A stretch of DNA of 64,000 nt from an uncultured Brachyspira sp. (GTDB lineage: Bacteria > Spirochaetota > JAAYUW01): the NCBI GenBank assembly GCA_964454835.1, contig CAYVTU010000001.1, forward strand, positions 22,020-86,019, written 5' to 3'. The notes under the pieces are model-generated. The model did not search any database and was not told the DNA's origin. It worked only from the letters and a program-made list of their open reading frames with translations. Each line of letters opens with the position of its first letter. Within the stretch, counting starts at the first letter, position 1. The position numbers and the translations under genes are program-made. Positions 29,879 through 40,767 of this stretch are shown here, piece by piece.

Positions 29879-31651
29879 ATGGGAAAGAAATTTTTAATTA
29901 TTTTTTTTATTATTGTTTATTTAACAATATCTTTTTTAGCATATTCAAATAATAAAAATTTTCAGACTGATAAGGGAAAGAATATTCTTATTATTCAATC
30001 TTATAATCAAGGGTATGATTGGACTGATAACATTCAAAAGGGCTTAGTTGATAATCTTGCTATTTTAAAAAATATTGAAATTTATACTGAATATTTAGAT
30101 GCAAATAGAAAAGCCTTGACTGATTCTTATTTACTTGAATTTGAAAGATATATTTATGCAAAATATAACAGCATGAAAATAGATTTATTAATAGTTGTAG
30201 ATGATGAAGCGTTAAATTTTGTTTTAAAAAGGAGAAAATCATTATTTGATAGAGTTCCAATAGTATTTTGTGGAATAAATGATTTTAATCCATCATTATT
30301 ATCGGGTTTTAAAGATATAACAGGAGTAAATGAAGAAAAACCAATTAAGGAAAATATTGAACTTATTTTATCGATAAATGAAAAAACTGGGAAAAAACTA
30401 AAAAAAATTGCGATAATTGCTGGTTCTAGAATTTCAGATAAAAAAACATTAGAATCTTTTATGAAAAAAGCAAAAATGATTCCTTCAAACATTACTATAG
30501 ATGTTTTTAATGGAATAGAACTTGATAAAATATTGGAAAAAATTGGTAATTACTCAGAATATGATGTAATTATATGCATTTCTTATATTTTATCTCCTGA
30601 TGACACCAAATATTCAGATGATGAAGTACTTAAAAAAATATCTGAAAAGACAAATGCTAAAATATTTGTGTTAAATGATATACTAATAAAAAATAATGTT
30701 TTGGGAGGTTATGTAGTAACTTCTTATGACCATGGAGAAGATGCAGCGAAGATTGCAATCAAAATATTGAATGGACAAAATGCAAATAGTATTAAAATTA
30801 AAATGGATTCATTTAAAAGATATTTATTTAATTATGATTCTCTAATTAAATATAAACTTCCTCTTGGAATTTTACCTCAAAATACAATTTTGGTTAATTA
30901 TAGCGAAGGTGAGAATTTTAAGAGATATTATAAAAGTTTAAATCAAAACAATCTTTTAAGTTATGAATTGTTTCAAAATTATGGCCTTATAATGCTTTTA
31001 ATTGATCCAGAAAACGGTAATATAATAGATGCAAATAAACGAGCTAGAGTATTTTATGGATATGATAATATTACAGAAATGAAAATTCAAAATATAAATA
31101 CATTAACCGAAGAAGAAGTTAAAGCTGAGATGAAAAAAGCAAAAGAGGAGAATAAAAATTATTTTAATTTCAGGCACAGACTTGCAAATGGCCAGATTAG
31201 AGATGTAGAAGTATATTCATATCCCGTCTTATTATATGGAAAGAAATTATTATTTTCAATAATAATAGATGTAACTGAAAGATTATTAACTGAAAAGTTA
31301 AAAAAAGAAGAAGAAAGAAAGTTATTGCTGACTTTAATTGTTATTCTTGTTCTATCTTTCTTTTTTATAATTTTTATTGTGATTTATTTTTTAGAAAGGA
31401 AGAAATATATAAAAGAACTAGAAGAAAAAAATGAAAAACTGGAAAAAGCTAATCATGAAATAAAAACACTTCAAGGTATAATTCCAATATGCTCAATTTG
31501 CAAGAAAATAAGGACTGATGAAGGCTATTGGCAATCTGTGGAAAACTATATAACTAATCATTCTGAAGCTCTTTTCTCTCATTCAATTTGTCCTGATTGT
31601 GCTAAAAAATATTATGGAATAAATGAAAAAGATTTAAAGAAATTAGAATAA
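29879..31651 (+). CDS. Membrane sensor: exported ABC-substrate-binding-like domain, PAS, TM and C-terminal Cys/His domain
   Basis: Signal peptide; ILIIQSYNQGYDWT and IVFCGIN; PAS (DANKRARVFYGY...HRLANG...DVTE); TM LLLTLIVILVLSFFFIIFIVIYFL; PICSICKKIR..W..SHSICPDC. Confidence 0.8.
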   Translation: MGKKFLIIFFIIVYLTISFLAYSNNKNFQTDKGKNILIIQSYNQGYDWTDNIQKGLVDNLAILKNIEIYTEYLDANRKALTDSYLLEFERYIYAKYNSMKIDLLIVVDDEALNFVLKRRKSLFDRVPIVFCGINDFNPSLLSGFKDITGVNEEKPIKENIELILSINEKTGKKLKKIAIIAGSRISDKKTLESFMKKAKMIPSNITIDVFNGIELDKILEKIGNYSEYDVIICISYILSPDDTKYSDDEVLKKISEKTNAKIFVLNDILIKNNVLGGYVVTSYDHGEDAAKIAIKILNGQNANSIKIKMDSFKRYLFNYDSLIKYKLPLGILPQNTILVNYSEGENFKRYYKSLNQNNLLSYELFQNYGLIMLLIDPENGNIIDANKRARVFYGYDNITEMKIQNINTLTEEEVKAEMKKAKEENKNYFNFRHRLANGQIRDVEVYSYPVLLYGKKLLFSIIIDVTERLLTEKLKKEEERKLLLTLIVILVLSFFFIIFIVIYFLERKKYIKELEEKNEKLEKANHEIKTLQGIIPICSICKKIRTDEGYWQSVENYITNHSEALFSHSICPDCAKKYYGINEKDLKKLE

Positions 31652-31806
31652 ATTATATGAGATTTAAAAAAAAATATAAGATAAATTAATAATTTCTTAA
31701 ATTTATTTTTTTAGTCATAAAAAAATCAAATAAAATAAAAAAGATATTTGAAAAATAAAATTAATCTATTATACTTTTTTTGTAATAAAATTAGTTTGGA
31801 GGGAAT

Positions 31807-32892
31807 ATGCATAAGAAGCTTTTTGTCCCTGGTCCTATTGAAGTAGCTGATGATGTTTTACAAGCTATGAGTGCCCCGATGATTTATCATAGAACAAAAG
31901 AAGCTTCTGCTTTACAAGAGGAAATAGCTGAAGGGATGAAAAAAATAATGAAGACAAAGAATACAATTCTTTTTTCTACCTCTTCAGGGACTGGTTTAAT
32001 GGAAGGGTCTATACGTTCCTGCACAGAAAAAAGAGCAATCATATTTTCAGTAGGTGCATTTGGAAAAAGATGGTACGAAATTGCAGTTGGTAATGGAATT
32101 CCTGCTGATATTTATACTGCACCATCTGGTGAAGCTATTACCCCTGATATTGTTGAACAATATCTATCAACAGGAAAATATGATGTCATGACTATGACAC
32201 ATAATGAAACCTCTACTGGTATAATGAATCCAGTTAAAGAACTTTCTAACATATGGAAGAAATATCCTGATGTTATTGTTTTAATGGATACCGTTTCATC
32301 GATGGGTGGAGTAAGCATTGAAACTGATGAATTGGGTGTTGATGTTTGCTTAACATCTTCCCAGAAAGCTCTGGGATTGCCTCCTGGTCTTGCAGTATGC
32401 TCGGTGTCTCCAAAAGCAATTGAGAAAGCAAGAAAAGTCAAGAATAGAGGTTATTATTTTGATTTGTTAGAGCTTTATAAGTATGTTGTCGAGAAAGAAC
32501 CTTATAACCAATATCCTTCAACACCAACATTATCTCATTATTATGCATTAAAGCATCAGTTGAAGAAAATACTTGAAAAAGAAGGTTTGGAAAATAGGTT
32601 TAAAAGACATCTTGAGATGGCTGAATTTACAAGAAATTGGGCGAAGAAGTATTTTGAATTATATCCTAAAAAAGAGCAATGGTGTTCTGTTACATTAACT
32701 ACAATTTCAAATACAAGAGGCCTTTCAGTCAAAGGTTTAAATGAAGAACTTGGTAAGAAAGGCTTCATGATATCAAATGGATATGGTGATTTAAAAGAAA
32801 AGACATTCAGAATTGCTCATATGGGTGATTTTACTGTTAAAGATGTTAAAGAAGTTACTGATTTAATTGAAGAAATCTGGAACTTAAAATAG
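31807..32892 (+). CDS. Class V PLP aminotransferase (alanine-glyoxylate/serine-pyruvate type)
   Basis: FVPGP, HNETSTG, DTVSS, SSQKAL (PLP lysine) and FRIAHMG. Confidence 0.92.
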   Translation: MHKKLFVPGPIEVADDVLQAMSAPMIYHRTKEASALQEEIAEGMKKIMKTKNTILFSTSSGTGLMEGSIRSCTEKRAIIFSVGAFGKRWYEIAVGNGIPADIYTAPSGEAITPDIVEQYLSTGKYDVMTMTHNETSTGIMNPVKELSNIWKKYPDVIVLMDTVSSMGGVSIETDELGVDVCLTSSQKALGLPPGLAVCSVSPKAIEKARKVKNRGYYFDLLELYKYVVEKEPYNQYPSTPTLSHYYALKHQLKKILEKEGLENRFKRHLEMAEFTRNWAKKYFELYPKKEQWCSVTLTTISNTRGLSVKGLNEELGKKGFMISNGYGDLKEKTFRIAHMGDFTVKDVKEVTDLIEEIWNLK

Positions 32893-32906
32893 TAAAAAAG
32901 TCTAAG

Positions 32907-32930
32907 AGGGAGGATTATTCCTCCCTTTCA
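32907..32930 (+). terminator. Probable intrinsic terminator
   Basis: agggagga-ttat-tcctccct hairpin 15 nt after the stop codon, with a short T tail. Confidence 0.6.
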
Positions 32931-33008
32931 ATAATAATTTAATATTTTACTTGATTTCTTTTTCTTAAAAGGTTATTTTTTTAAAGATGTTAAATATGAG
33001 GGTATTAT

Positions 33009-34379
33009 ATGGCATGTTTATTTGATTTTACAAAAGAAAAAACAAAAGGTACATTAAAAGTTACTGTTCCTCTTTCTGATATTGATCAAAAGTACCAGAT
33101 TAAGGTAAAAGAAAATTTACCTAAAATTAAAATAAAAGGTTTTAGACCAGGGCATGTCCCTGTTAATGTAATTGAAAAGCATTATGGTCAACAATTTAAG
33201 TTTGATGCATTGAATGATATTTTATCTGAAGAGTATAAAGCATATATAGATAAGGAAAAAATAACACCAATTTCTCAGGCTCATCTTGATTTTGATGAAA
33301 AAAATATAGATTTCACAAAAGATGTAGTCGTTACTTTGACATTTGACCTTCCTCCTTATGCTAAACTTGGAGATATTTCAACTGTAAAAACAGATAGAAT
33401 AACAATAGAAGTGACAGATAAAGATGTTGAAAAGGAAATTGAGTCTTTTCAAAAAAGATTTGCAACAATGGAAGAAGTCGATAAAGAAATAGAAAAAGAT
33501 GACTTTGCAGATGTAACTGTCAAAGCCTATGATAAAAATGGTGAATTTTTAAGAACTCTCGATAGAAGCCTTAAAATAGGTGAAAATTTAAGCAAATTAA
33601 ATTTAGATGATCATCTTTTAAAACATAAAAAAGGAGATACAGTCTCTTTTGAAGTTAAATATGATGATACAGTTGTTTTTTCAGATTTTAAAAACAAAAA
33701 GATTAAATATGAAGTAGTTATAAATAGTGTAAAAGTTTCAAAGTTACCAGAATTAACGGATGAGTTTATTAAAGAAAAAACTAAACTTGAAAATTTTGAG
33801 GAATTTAAAAAAGACCTAAAGAAAAGATTGGACAAATATGCAGAAAATTTTGCTAAAAATTATAATCTTTCTTTTATCTATGATAAAATTAAATCAATTT
33901 CAGAGATTGAAATACCTGCCTCATTGATAGAAGAGAATGTCGAAAATACTATCGATAGATATGCAGCAAACACCTATGGCATTAAAAGAGAACAACTTGA
34001 ACAGATACTTAAAGCTACAAAATCATCTATCGAAGAATTTAAAAACAATATAAGACCATCTGTTGTTAAAGATATTGAAGTAGAATTAATATTAGATTCA
34101 ATAATCAAAGATAAAGATATAAAACCATCAGATCAAATGTGGTCAGACTTGAAAGAAGAGCTTTCAGAAGAAATAGAAGACAGAACAAAGATAGATGAAG
34201 AAATTGAAAAAAGAAAAGATAACTATGAATTTTATCTGAAAAGAAAAGCAGCAGAAGATTATATATTACAAAATGTAAAGATTGGAAAAAATAAAAAACA
34301 TGAATTTAAAGATATTTCTACCCTTTCTGAAGAACTGGAAAAATTGAATAATCCTCAGAAAAAACCGGAGGAAAAATGA
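33009..34379 (+). CDS. tig: Trigger factor
   Basis: Ribosome-binding GFRPGHVP; FKBP-like middle domain; precedes clpP. Confidence 0.93.
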   Translation: MACLFDFTKEKTKGTLKVTVPLSDIDQKYQIKVKENLPKIKIKGFRPGHVPVNVIEKHYGQQFKFDALNDILSEEYKAYIDKEKITPISQAHLDFDEKNIDFTKDVVVTLTFDLPPYAKLGDISTVKTDRITIEVTDKDVEKEIESFQKRFATMEEVDKEIEKDDFADVTVKAYDKNGEFLRTLDRSLKIGENLSKLNLDDHLLKHKKGDTVSFEVKYDDTVVFSDFKNKKIKYEVVINSVKVSKLPELTDEFIKEKTKLENFEEFKKDLKKRLDKYAENFAKNYNLSFIYDKIKSISEIEIPASLIEENVENTIDRYAANTYGIKREQLEQILKATKSSIEEFKNNIRPSVVKDIEVELILDSIIKDKDIKPSDQMWSDLKEELSEEIEDRTKIDEEIEKRKDNYEFYLKRKAAEDYILQNVKIGKNKKHEFKDISTLSEELEKLNNPQKKPEEK

Positions 34380-34984
34380 AAGAGAAAAACTACCTTGTTC
34401 CAATAGTTATTGAGCAGACGTCTGGTGGGGAAAGATCTTTTGATATTTTTTCTCGACTTTTGAAAGACAGGATAGTATTTATAGATGATGAAATAAATGA
34501 CCAGACAGCGAAACTTGTCATTGCACAACTTCTTTTTCTAGATTCTGAAGACCCCGATAGAGATATACATCTTTATATAAATTCACCAGGTGGCGTTGTC
34601 ACTTCTGGATTAGCTATATATGACACAATGCAACTTATTAAACCAGATGTTTGCACTATTTGTATAGGGCAGGCAGCTTCTATGGCAGCGGTATTACTGG
34701 CTGCCGGTGCTCCTGGTAAGAGGACGGCACTTCCTCATTCAAGAATAATGATTCACCAACCATGGGGAGGATTTCAGGGTAAAGCTTCAGAAATAGAGAT
34801 TCAGGCTCGAGAAATGGCTAAGATGAAAGCACAGATACTGGATATACTTTCAAAACATACAGGTAAAACAATTAAAAAAATCGAGAAAGATATTGAACTC
34901 GATTATTTTATGGATTCTCAATCTGCTATTGAATATGGATTAATAGATAAAATAATAGAAAGTAAAAATCAAGAGAATAAGTAA
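34376..34984 (+). CDS. clpP: ATP-dependent Clp protease proteolytic subunit
   Basis: [29 protein letters not shown]. Confidence 0.98.
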   Translation: MKEKNYLVPIVIEQTSGGERSFDIFSRLLKDRIVFIDDEINDQTAKLVIAQLLFLDSEDPDRDIHLYINSPGGVVTSGLAIYDTMQLIKPDVCTICIGQAASMAAVLLAAGAPGKRTALPHSRIMIHQPWGGFQGKASEIEIQAREMAKMKAQILDILSKHTGKTIKKIEKDIELDYFMDSQSAIEYGLIDKIIESKNQENK

Positions 34985-36219
34985 TGGCAAATGAAATAAA
35001 GCGATGTTCTTTCTGCAATAAGACTTCCAAAGAGGTGAAGCAACTTTTTATAGGTACAAATGCTAATATATGTGACCAATGTATAGAATTTCTGTTCGAC
35101 CTTGTAGTTAATCAGCAACAACAGGCAAAAACAATATCTGCAAAAGAATCTTTGGATTTTAAAAAAATAAAGCCAGTTGATATAAAAAATTATTTAGATC
35201 AATATGTCATTGGTCAGGAAGAGGCAAAAATTGTACTATCTGTTGCAGTTTATAACCATTATAAAAGGATTTATGGCAAGAATTCTAGCGATGTTGAGAT
35301 AGACAAATCAAATATTTTATTGGTCGGACCCACAGGTTCAGGTAAAACGCTTCTTGCTCAGACTCTTGCTAGATTCTTAAATGTCCCTTTTGCTATTGCA
35401 GATGCGACAACTTTAACAGAAGCAGGTTATGTTGGAGAAGATGTTGAAAATATACTGCTTAGACTGATTCAAAACGCAAATGGAGATTTAAAAGCTGCTG
35501 AAAAAGGTATTATATATATCGATGAAATAGATAAGATTTCAAGGAAAAGCGAAAATCCTTCTATTACAAGAGATGTTTCTGGTGAAGGAGTTCAGCAAGC
35601 ATTATTAAAGATAATAGAAGGGACAATAGCCAATGTTCCTCCGCAGGGTGGAAGAAAACATCCATATCAGGAATTTATCCAGATTAATACCAAAGATATC
35701 CTATTTATTTGTGGAGGAGCTTTTGTTGGCCTTGATAAGATAGTTGCAAGAAGGGTGAAAAAAACTCCTATAGGTTTTGATAGAGAGTATATCAGACTCG
35801 ATGACCAGCTTATCAATTCTAACATTGAAAGCGATGATTTGATAAAATATGGCTTAATTCCGGAGCTTGTCGGTAGATTACCTGTTGTAGTACCTTTAAA
35901 GGAACTTGAACTTGAAGATTTAATAAAAATATTAAAAGAACCAAAAAATGCCATTATCAGACAATATCAACATTTAATGAGTCTTGAAGGGAAACAGCTT
36001 ATTTTTGAAGAAGATGCCTTGAAATCTATTGCTCAACTATCTCTTTCAAAGAAATTAGGAGCAAGAGGCCTTCGCTCAATTATAGAAAAGAAATTACTGG
36101 AATTAATGTATAATGCACCAGAAATGAATGATGTCGAAAAAATTATTATTACTAGAAAAGTGATAGAACAGGATGCAAGTCCAATTTATGAGTATAAGAC
36201 AAATTATTCTTCTGGTTAA
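34984..36219 (+). CDS. clpX: Clp protease ATP-binding subunit
   Basis: Zn-finger [40 protein letters not shown] and IGF loop. Confidence 0.98.
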   Translation: MANEIKRCSFCNKTSKEVKQLFIGTNANICDQCIEFLFDLVVNQQQQAKTISAKESLDFKKIKPVDIKNYLDQYVIGQEEAKIVLSVAVYNHYKRIYGKNSSDVEIDKSNILLVGPTGSGKTLLAQTLARFLNVPFAIADATTLTEAGYVGEDVENILLRLIQNANGDLKAAEKGIIYIDEIDKISRKSENPSITRDVSGEGVQQALLKIIEGTIANVPPQGGRKHPYQEFIQINTKDILFICGGAFVGLDKIVARRVKKTPIGFDREYIRLDDQLINSNIESDDLIKYGLIPELVGRLPVVVPLKELELEDLIKILKEPKNAIIRQYQHLMSLEGKQLIFEEDALKSIAQLSLSKKLGARGLRSIIEKKLLELMYNAPEMNDVEKIIITRKVIEQDASPIYEYKTNYSSG

Positions 36220-36240
36220 TTCAAAGGGTTATTCTTAGAT

Positions 36241-37347
36241 ATGATTTCTAAAAAAGTCATTGCTTCGATTGAACAATTACCTGATGAAATATCTACCTAC
36301 TTAGAAAAAAACTATAATTTCATCGATTTATCTGGAAAATTTAATAATTATAAGACAATAAAAAATTATACTGAAGATAAAAGAGATAAATGGAATGAAA
36401 TTTTAAATTCAATAAAGATTAAAGAAAAACTAGATATTCTGATTTTTAGAACATATACAATTATAGATAGACAGTTGATAGATATTTTAACCCCAAATTT
36501 ACTTTATTTAAGAGCCGGTTCTGGATATGATAATATAGATATTAGATATGCTTTATCAAAAAGCTGTATGGTTGAAAATACCCCTAAGGCAAATACAAAT
36601 TCGGCTTATGAGCATACAATTTCATTGATTTTTGCAGGATTGAAAAAATTGATTCAATTTGATAATTTTACTAAAAAAGGATTATGGCGAAATAATTTAC
36701 CACTGAATCATGAATTGTATGGTAAAAGTATATGCATAATAGGTTATGGAAATATTGGTTCAAAAGTTGCCTCTTTTGCAAAATTTATGGGGATGAAGCT
36801 ATATATTTTTGACCCAATAAAAAATTTAGCGGGCTTTTATGAAGATCTTCCTTTATTTTCGCCAGAAGAAAAAGATGATATTGAACAAGAAAAATATAAT
36901 GAAAAAAATGATTTTAATATCAATTATGAATATCTATATCAAATATTAAAAGAGGTTGATATAGTTTCAGTTCATATTCCTCTGTGGGATAAAACATTCA
37001 AGATGATTGATAAAAGATTTCTAAGTTCAATGAAAGAAAACTCAATACTTATCAATACATCAAGAGGAGAGCTTTTCGATAAAGAAGCAATATTAAGCCA
37101 TTATAAGAATAATACTGAATCAGTTTTAGCTACAGATGTGCTTCCAGAAGAGCCATGTGAAAAAGAAGAGGAATTATTTAATTTGCCTAATATCATAGTT
37201 ACTCCGCATATTGGAGCTTATACATATGAAGCAAGGGAAAGATTGAAAGAAGAAGTAATAAAATGTATCGATATATATTTGAATGAAAAGAAGCTATTAT
37301 ATCCCGTAAACCCATTATTCTATTTTTCACCATATTTTAAGTATTAA
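36241..37347 (+). CDS. D-isomer-specific 2-hydroxyacid dehydrogenase (SerA-like, no ACT domain)
   Basis: RAGSGYDNID, GYGNIG, NTSRG, DVLPEEP and TPHIGAYT. Confidence 0.85.
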   Translation: MISKKVIASIEQLPDEISTYLEKNYNFIDLSGKFNNYKTIKNYTEDKRDKWNEILNSIKIKEKLDILIFRTYTIIDRQLIDILTPNLLYLRAGSGYDNIDIRYALSKSCMVENTPKANTNSAYEHTISLIFAGLKKLIQFDNFTKKGLWRNNLPLNHELYGKSICIIGYGNIGSKVASFAKFMGMKLYIFDPIKNLAGFYEDLPLFSPEEKDDIEQEKYNEKNDFNINYEYLYQILKEVDIVSVHIPLWDKTFKMIDKRFLSSMKENSILINTSRGELFDKEAILSHYKNNTESVLATDVLPEEPCEKEEELFNLPNIIVTPHIGAYTYEARERLKEEVIKCIDIYLNEKKLLYPVNPLFYFSPYFKY

Positions 37348-37413
37348 TTTATCCTGAAAAATTTTTCTTAATTATTGTTTTCTATGTTGATAAATTTTAT
37401 ATAATCTGGTTTA

Positions 37414-38268
37414 TTAAATTAAGGCGCAACATCCATTTTGGATTTCAAAACAATCGGAAGATATGCTTTGATTCAAAAGACTAATTTTTCTTAAAATTCT
37501 TTTTGATGGGTTTACTATCGCATCAATTCCGTTTTCAATAAGAATATCATCTAACTTTTCTCTATAATCACCAAAAGGTCGCATACAGCCAAGATAAATT
37601 AATGTTTCTGGAAGTATCTTTTTAGAATATTTAAAAATTTCTATAATTCTTTCAATTTTAACTTTTTCTATCTTTTCAAAAATTGTGTTTTTTGTTGGAA
37701 TAATAACATTTAAAACTAATTTTTCAGGTTTAATCTTTGATAAAAAATCTATCGCATCTTCTTCCCAGGAGTTTTTCCCATAATATATTCCGATTGTTAT
37801 ATGTGGAACAATAATAGGTTTTTTATCATTATGTTTTTGTAAAAAATCGCTATAAAACAAAATATTTTCCTGCAATTTATTTAAATCAATATCTGCATTA
37901 TATATTTCTTTTAATATTTTATCATTGCCTACAATATCCAAAGAAATTGCATCGAAAATCAGGGTTTTTTCAAATTGTTCATTTGGTATATAGCCAGTAT
38001 GAGCATTTAATAAGATATTTTTTCTTTTTAATTCAATGATTTTTTCATATTTTTCGTAAAAGGGAACGGAGGTGTTTTTTAAACTACCACCCGATATCAA
38101 TGCAGTGTTTTTATCTTTTATAAGGATATTTAAATCTTTATTTTCAATATAAGTCATCGCTTTTAAATACTTTTTATTGCAATGCTTACAGGATAGTTCA
38201 CAATAATTTCCTGTCACAGAGACTGATATAACAGAATTTGTAGAAATTAATTTTATTTTTTTATTCAT
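37414..38268 (-). CDS. lipS1: Radical SAM protein resembling the LipS1 subunit of archaeal-type lipoyl synthase
   Basis: N-terminal CELSCKHC (CX3CX2C), LGCMRP and C-terminal GCCAL. The GC(M/A)R and CC motifs are recalled from the LipS1 literature, not confirmed by a search. Confidence 0.62.
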   Translation of the reverse strand: MNKKIKLISTNSVISVSVTGNYCELSCKHCNKKYLKAMTYIENKDLNILIKDKNTALISGGSLKNTSVPFYEKYEKIIELKRKNILLNAHTGYIPNEQFEKTLIFDAISLDIVGNDKILKEIYNADIDLNKLQENILFYSDFLQKHNDKKPIIVPHITIGIYYGKNSWEEDAIDFLSKIKPEKLVLNVIIPTKNTIFEKIEKVKIERIIEIFKYSKKILPETLIYLGCMRPFGDYREKLDDILIENGIDAIVNPSKRILRKISLLNQSISSDCFEIQNGCCALI

Positions 38269-38482
38269 AAAAGAAGAATAGTTGATAATAAAAATTAATA
38301 AAGTAAGAAACTTAAATCATGTAAAAATAGTATTATTATTAGAAAAAAATAAAAAGAGACAATTATCAAAAAGTTTTATATATACTATATATTATAAAAT
38401 CATTAAAGAGAGGGACTACCAAAAAGAATTGATGGTAGCCCAAAAAATTAAAGAATTTCAAGTAGAAATGTATATAAAAAAT

Positions 38483-40513
38483 TTAATTAATGTATCTTAC
38501 AACAACAAAGTCAGAATAAGTTCCAATATAGCAATATCCTGCTATTATAATTTTACCATCACTTTGTATTACAACAGAATTTGCATAATCATAGTTACTA
38601 AGATCAGTAATAACAATTCCATCACCACCAAAAGAAGTATCAAGGGAACCATTACTATTATATCTTACAATAGCAAAATCATAGTTAGGTCCAATAATAC
38701 AATATCCTATGACGACAATTTTGCCATCACTTTGTATTACAACAGAATTTGCATAATCAAAGTTACTAAGATCAGTGATAACAATTCCATCACCATCAAA
38801 AGAAGTATCAAGCGAACCATTAGTATTATATCTTACAATAGCAAAATCATCATTAGTCCCGTTATTGCAATATCCAACCACAATGATTTTACCATCGCTT
38901 TGTATAGCAACAGAATTTGCATAATCATAGTTACTAAGATCAGTAATAACAATTCCATCACTACCAAAGGAAGTATCAAGGGTACCATCACTGTTATATC
39001 TTACAACAGCAAAATCATAGTTACTTCCATTATAACTATCTCCTGCAACAACAATTTTACCATCACCTTGTATAGCTACTGAAAAAGCTTGATCATAGCT
39101 ACTCCCAATAGTAGTTGTAACTTTGCCATCAGTATCGAAAGAAGTATCAAGCGAACCATTAGTATTATATCTTACAACAGCAAAATAATAGTTATATCCA
39201 ATAATACAATATCCTATGACGACAATTTTGCCATCCTTTTGAATAGCAACAGAAGTTGCATAATCATCTCCACTTTCAATAGCTGTCGTAACAATACCAT
39301 CAGAGCTAAAGGATGTATCTAAAGAACCATCATTGTTATATCTTATAACAGCAAAATCAAAATTTGTTCCACTATAACTATATCCTACTACAACAATTTT
39401 TCCATCGCTTTGTACAGCTAAAGAACGAGCAAAATTATTTTGATTAGCAATATCTGTTGTAATAATACCATCGACATCAAAAGATGTATCAAGTGAACCG
39501 TCAATCTTATATCTTACAACAGCAAAATCATTATTTGTTCCATTATAACTATATCCAGCAACAACAATTTTTCCATCGCTTTGTAGTGCTATGGATTGTC
39601 CAAAATCGTCATTACTTCCAATGCTAGTATTTGCAAAGCCATCACCTCCACTAAAAGAAGTATCAAGAGAACCTGAAGGAAGAGATATATTATAAGTTGC
39701 ACTTGTAATATCTGAATTTGTCATACCATCTTTATAAGCCATAGCTTTTATAGTAGTGGTAGTAGAAATTTCAAAAGGAGTGGTATAAGTATTACCATTT
39801 GTAGGAGATGGGTCATCACCATTTAATGTATATTTAATAGTTGCACCAGTTGTTGCACAGGATAAAGTTACTGTTTGAGGTGAAGAGTAAGTCCCTGCTG
39901 AAGGGGAAAAAGTTACAGGAGCTACTTTGTTCAAATTAATAGTATAAGTTGTACTTGTAATATCTGAATTTTCCATACCATCTTTATAAGCCATAGCTTT
40001 TATGGTAGTGGTAGTAAAAATTTCAAAAGGAGTGGTATAAGTATTACCATTTGTAGGAGATGGGTCATCACCATTTAATGTATATTTAATAGTTGCTCCT
40101 TCTGTTACACAGGATAAAGTTATTAATTGCGAAGAATAATAAGTTCCACTATTAGGAGAAAAAGTCACAGGAGCTACTTTATTAATAGTAAAAGTGGCTG
40201 TTGCTACTGAAGAATCATTCATTAAATTTTTATAGGCAATTGCCTTAATAGTTGTAGTTTTATAAATAGTAATGGGTTTTGTATAAATAGTACCATGATT
40301 TTGAGTAGGGGTGCTACCATCCGTAGTATAGGTTATAGTTGCATTAGCAGTCGCGCTATAAATTTCTACTGATATGTAATCAGAGAAAGTCCCTTCTTCT
40401 GGATTGAATATTGGTGTTTTGACTTGTTCGAAAATTAAAGAGCAACTACTAAATATGATTAAAATTATAATTAACGAAATTAACATAAGATATTTACTTT
40501 TTAAATGGCTCAT
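38483..40513 (-). CDS. Surface lipoprotein: three Fn3-associated/CHB_HEX_C-like Ig domains and seven delta-60 (DUF5122) beta-propeller repeats
   Basis: Lipobox IIFSSC; three TIxYTxxGxxP..KAxAYK units; seven GSLDTSF..DG..Q.DGKIVV.G..FA.VRY units. Confidence 0.85.
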   Translation of the reverse strand: MSHLKSKYLMLISLIIILIIFSSCSLIFEQVKTPIFNPEEGTFSDYISVEIYSATANATITYTTDGSTPTQNHGTIYTKPITIYKTTTIKAIAYKNLMNDSSVATATFTINKVAPVTFSPNSGTYYSSQLITLSCVTEGATIKYTLNGDDPSPTNGNTYTTPFEIFTTTTIKAMAYKDGMENSDITSTTYTINLNKVAPVTFSPSAGTYSSPQTVTLSCATTGATIKYTLNGDDPSPTNGNTYTTPFEISTTTTIKAMAYKDGMTNSDITSATYNISLPSGSLDTSFSGGDGFANTSIGSNDDFGQSIALQSDGKIVVAGYSYNGTNNDFAVVRYKIDGSLDTSFDVDGIITTDIANQNNFARSLAVQSDGKIVVVGYSYSGTNFDFAVIRYNNDGSLDTSFSSDGIVTTAIESGDDYATSVAIQKDGKIVVIGYCIIGYNYYFAVVRYNTNGSLDTSFDTDGKVTTTIGSSYDQAFSVAIQGDGKIVVAGDSYNGSNYDFAVVRYNSDGTLDTSFGSDGIVITDLSNYDYANSVAIQSDGKIIVVGYCNNGTNDDFAIVRYNTNGSLDTSFDGDGIVITDLSNFDYANSVVIQSDGKIVVIGYCIIGPNYDFAIVRYNSNGSLDTSFGGDGIVITDLSNYDYANSVVIQSDGKIIIAGYCYIGTYSDFVVVRYIN
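38486..39675 (-). repeat. Seven in-frame delta-60 repeats (about 168-171 nt period)
   Basis: taagatcag recurs at 38599, 38767 and 38935 (168-nt spacing); GSLDTSF-type motif seen seven times. Confidence 0.9.
39701..40180 (-). repeat. 252-nt tandem direct repeat (84-aa Ig-like domain duplication)
   Basis: 39701-39844 versus 39953-40096: 4 mismatches in 144 nt. Confidence 0.95.
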
Positions 40514-40767
40514 ATAGTCTCCTTTTACATTAAAATATTACAAAACTTTATATATAAATTTATTATAATTCAAAATAATGAAAAATCAATATAAAATTAT
40601 AAAATTAAGTAAAAAATTAGTATAAAATAATTTGTAAGGAAAATATAAGTAATATAGATAATTTCATATTTAAAATAAGTATTGTTGTAAGTTATTTTAA
40701 TTTTTCACAATAATAAACTAAAAATTCTTCTTGAAAAAAAAAGTAAAAAAGCAAAACTAAATTTGAT

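Noticed and set aside
38282-39082. 266-aa plus-strand ORF with internal repeats
   Set aside because: Antisense shadow of the delta-60 lipoprotein; its I/S/N/Y/T-rich repetitive translation mirrors the opposite-strand codons.
38483-40180. Repeats considered as a CRISPR array or DGR template/variable regions
   Set aside because: The units are in-frame protein repeats with no unique spacers, and there are no cas or reverse-transcriptase genes in the window.
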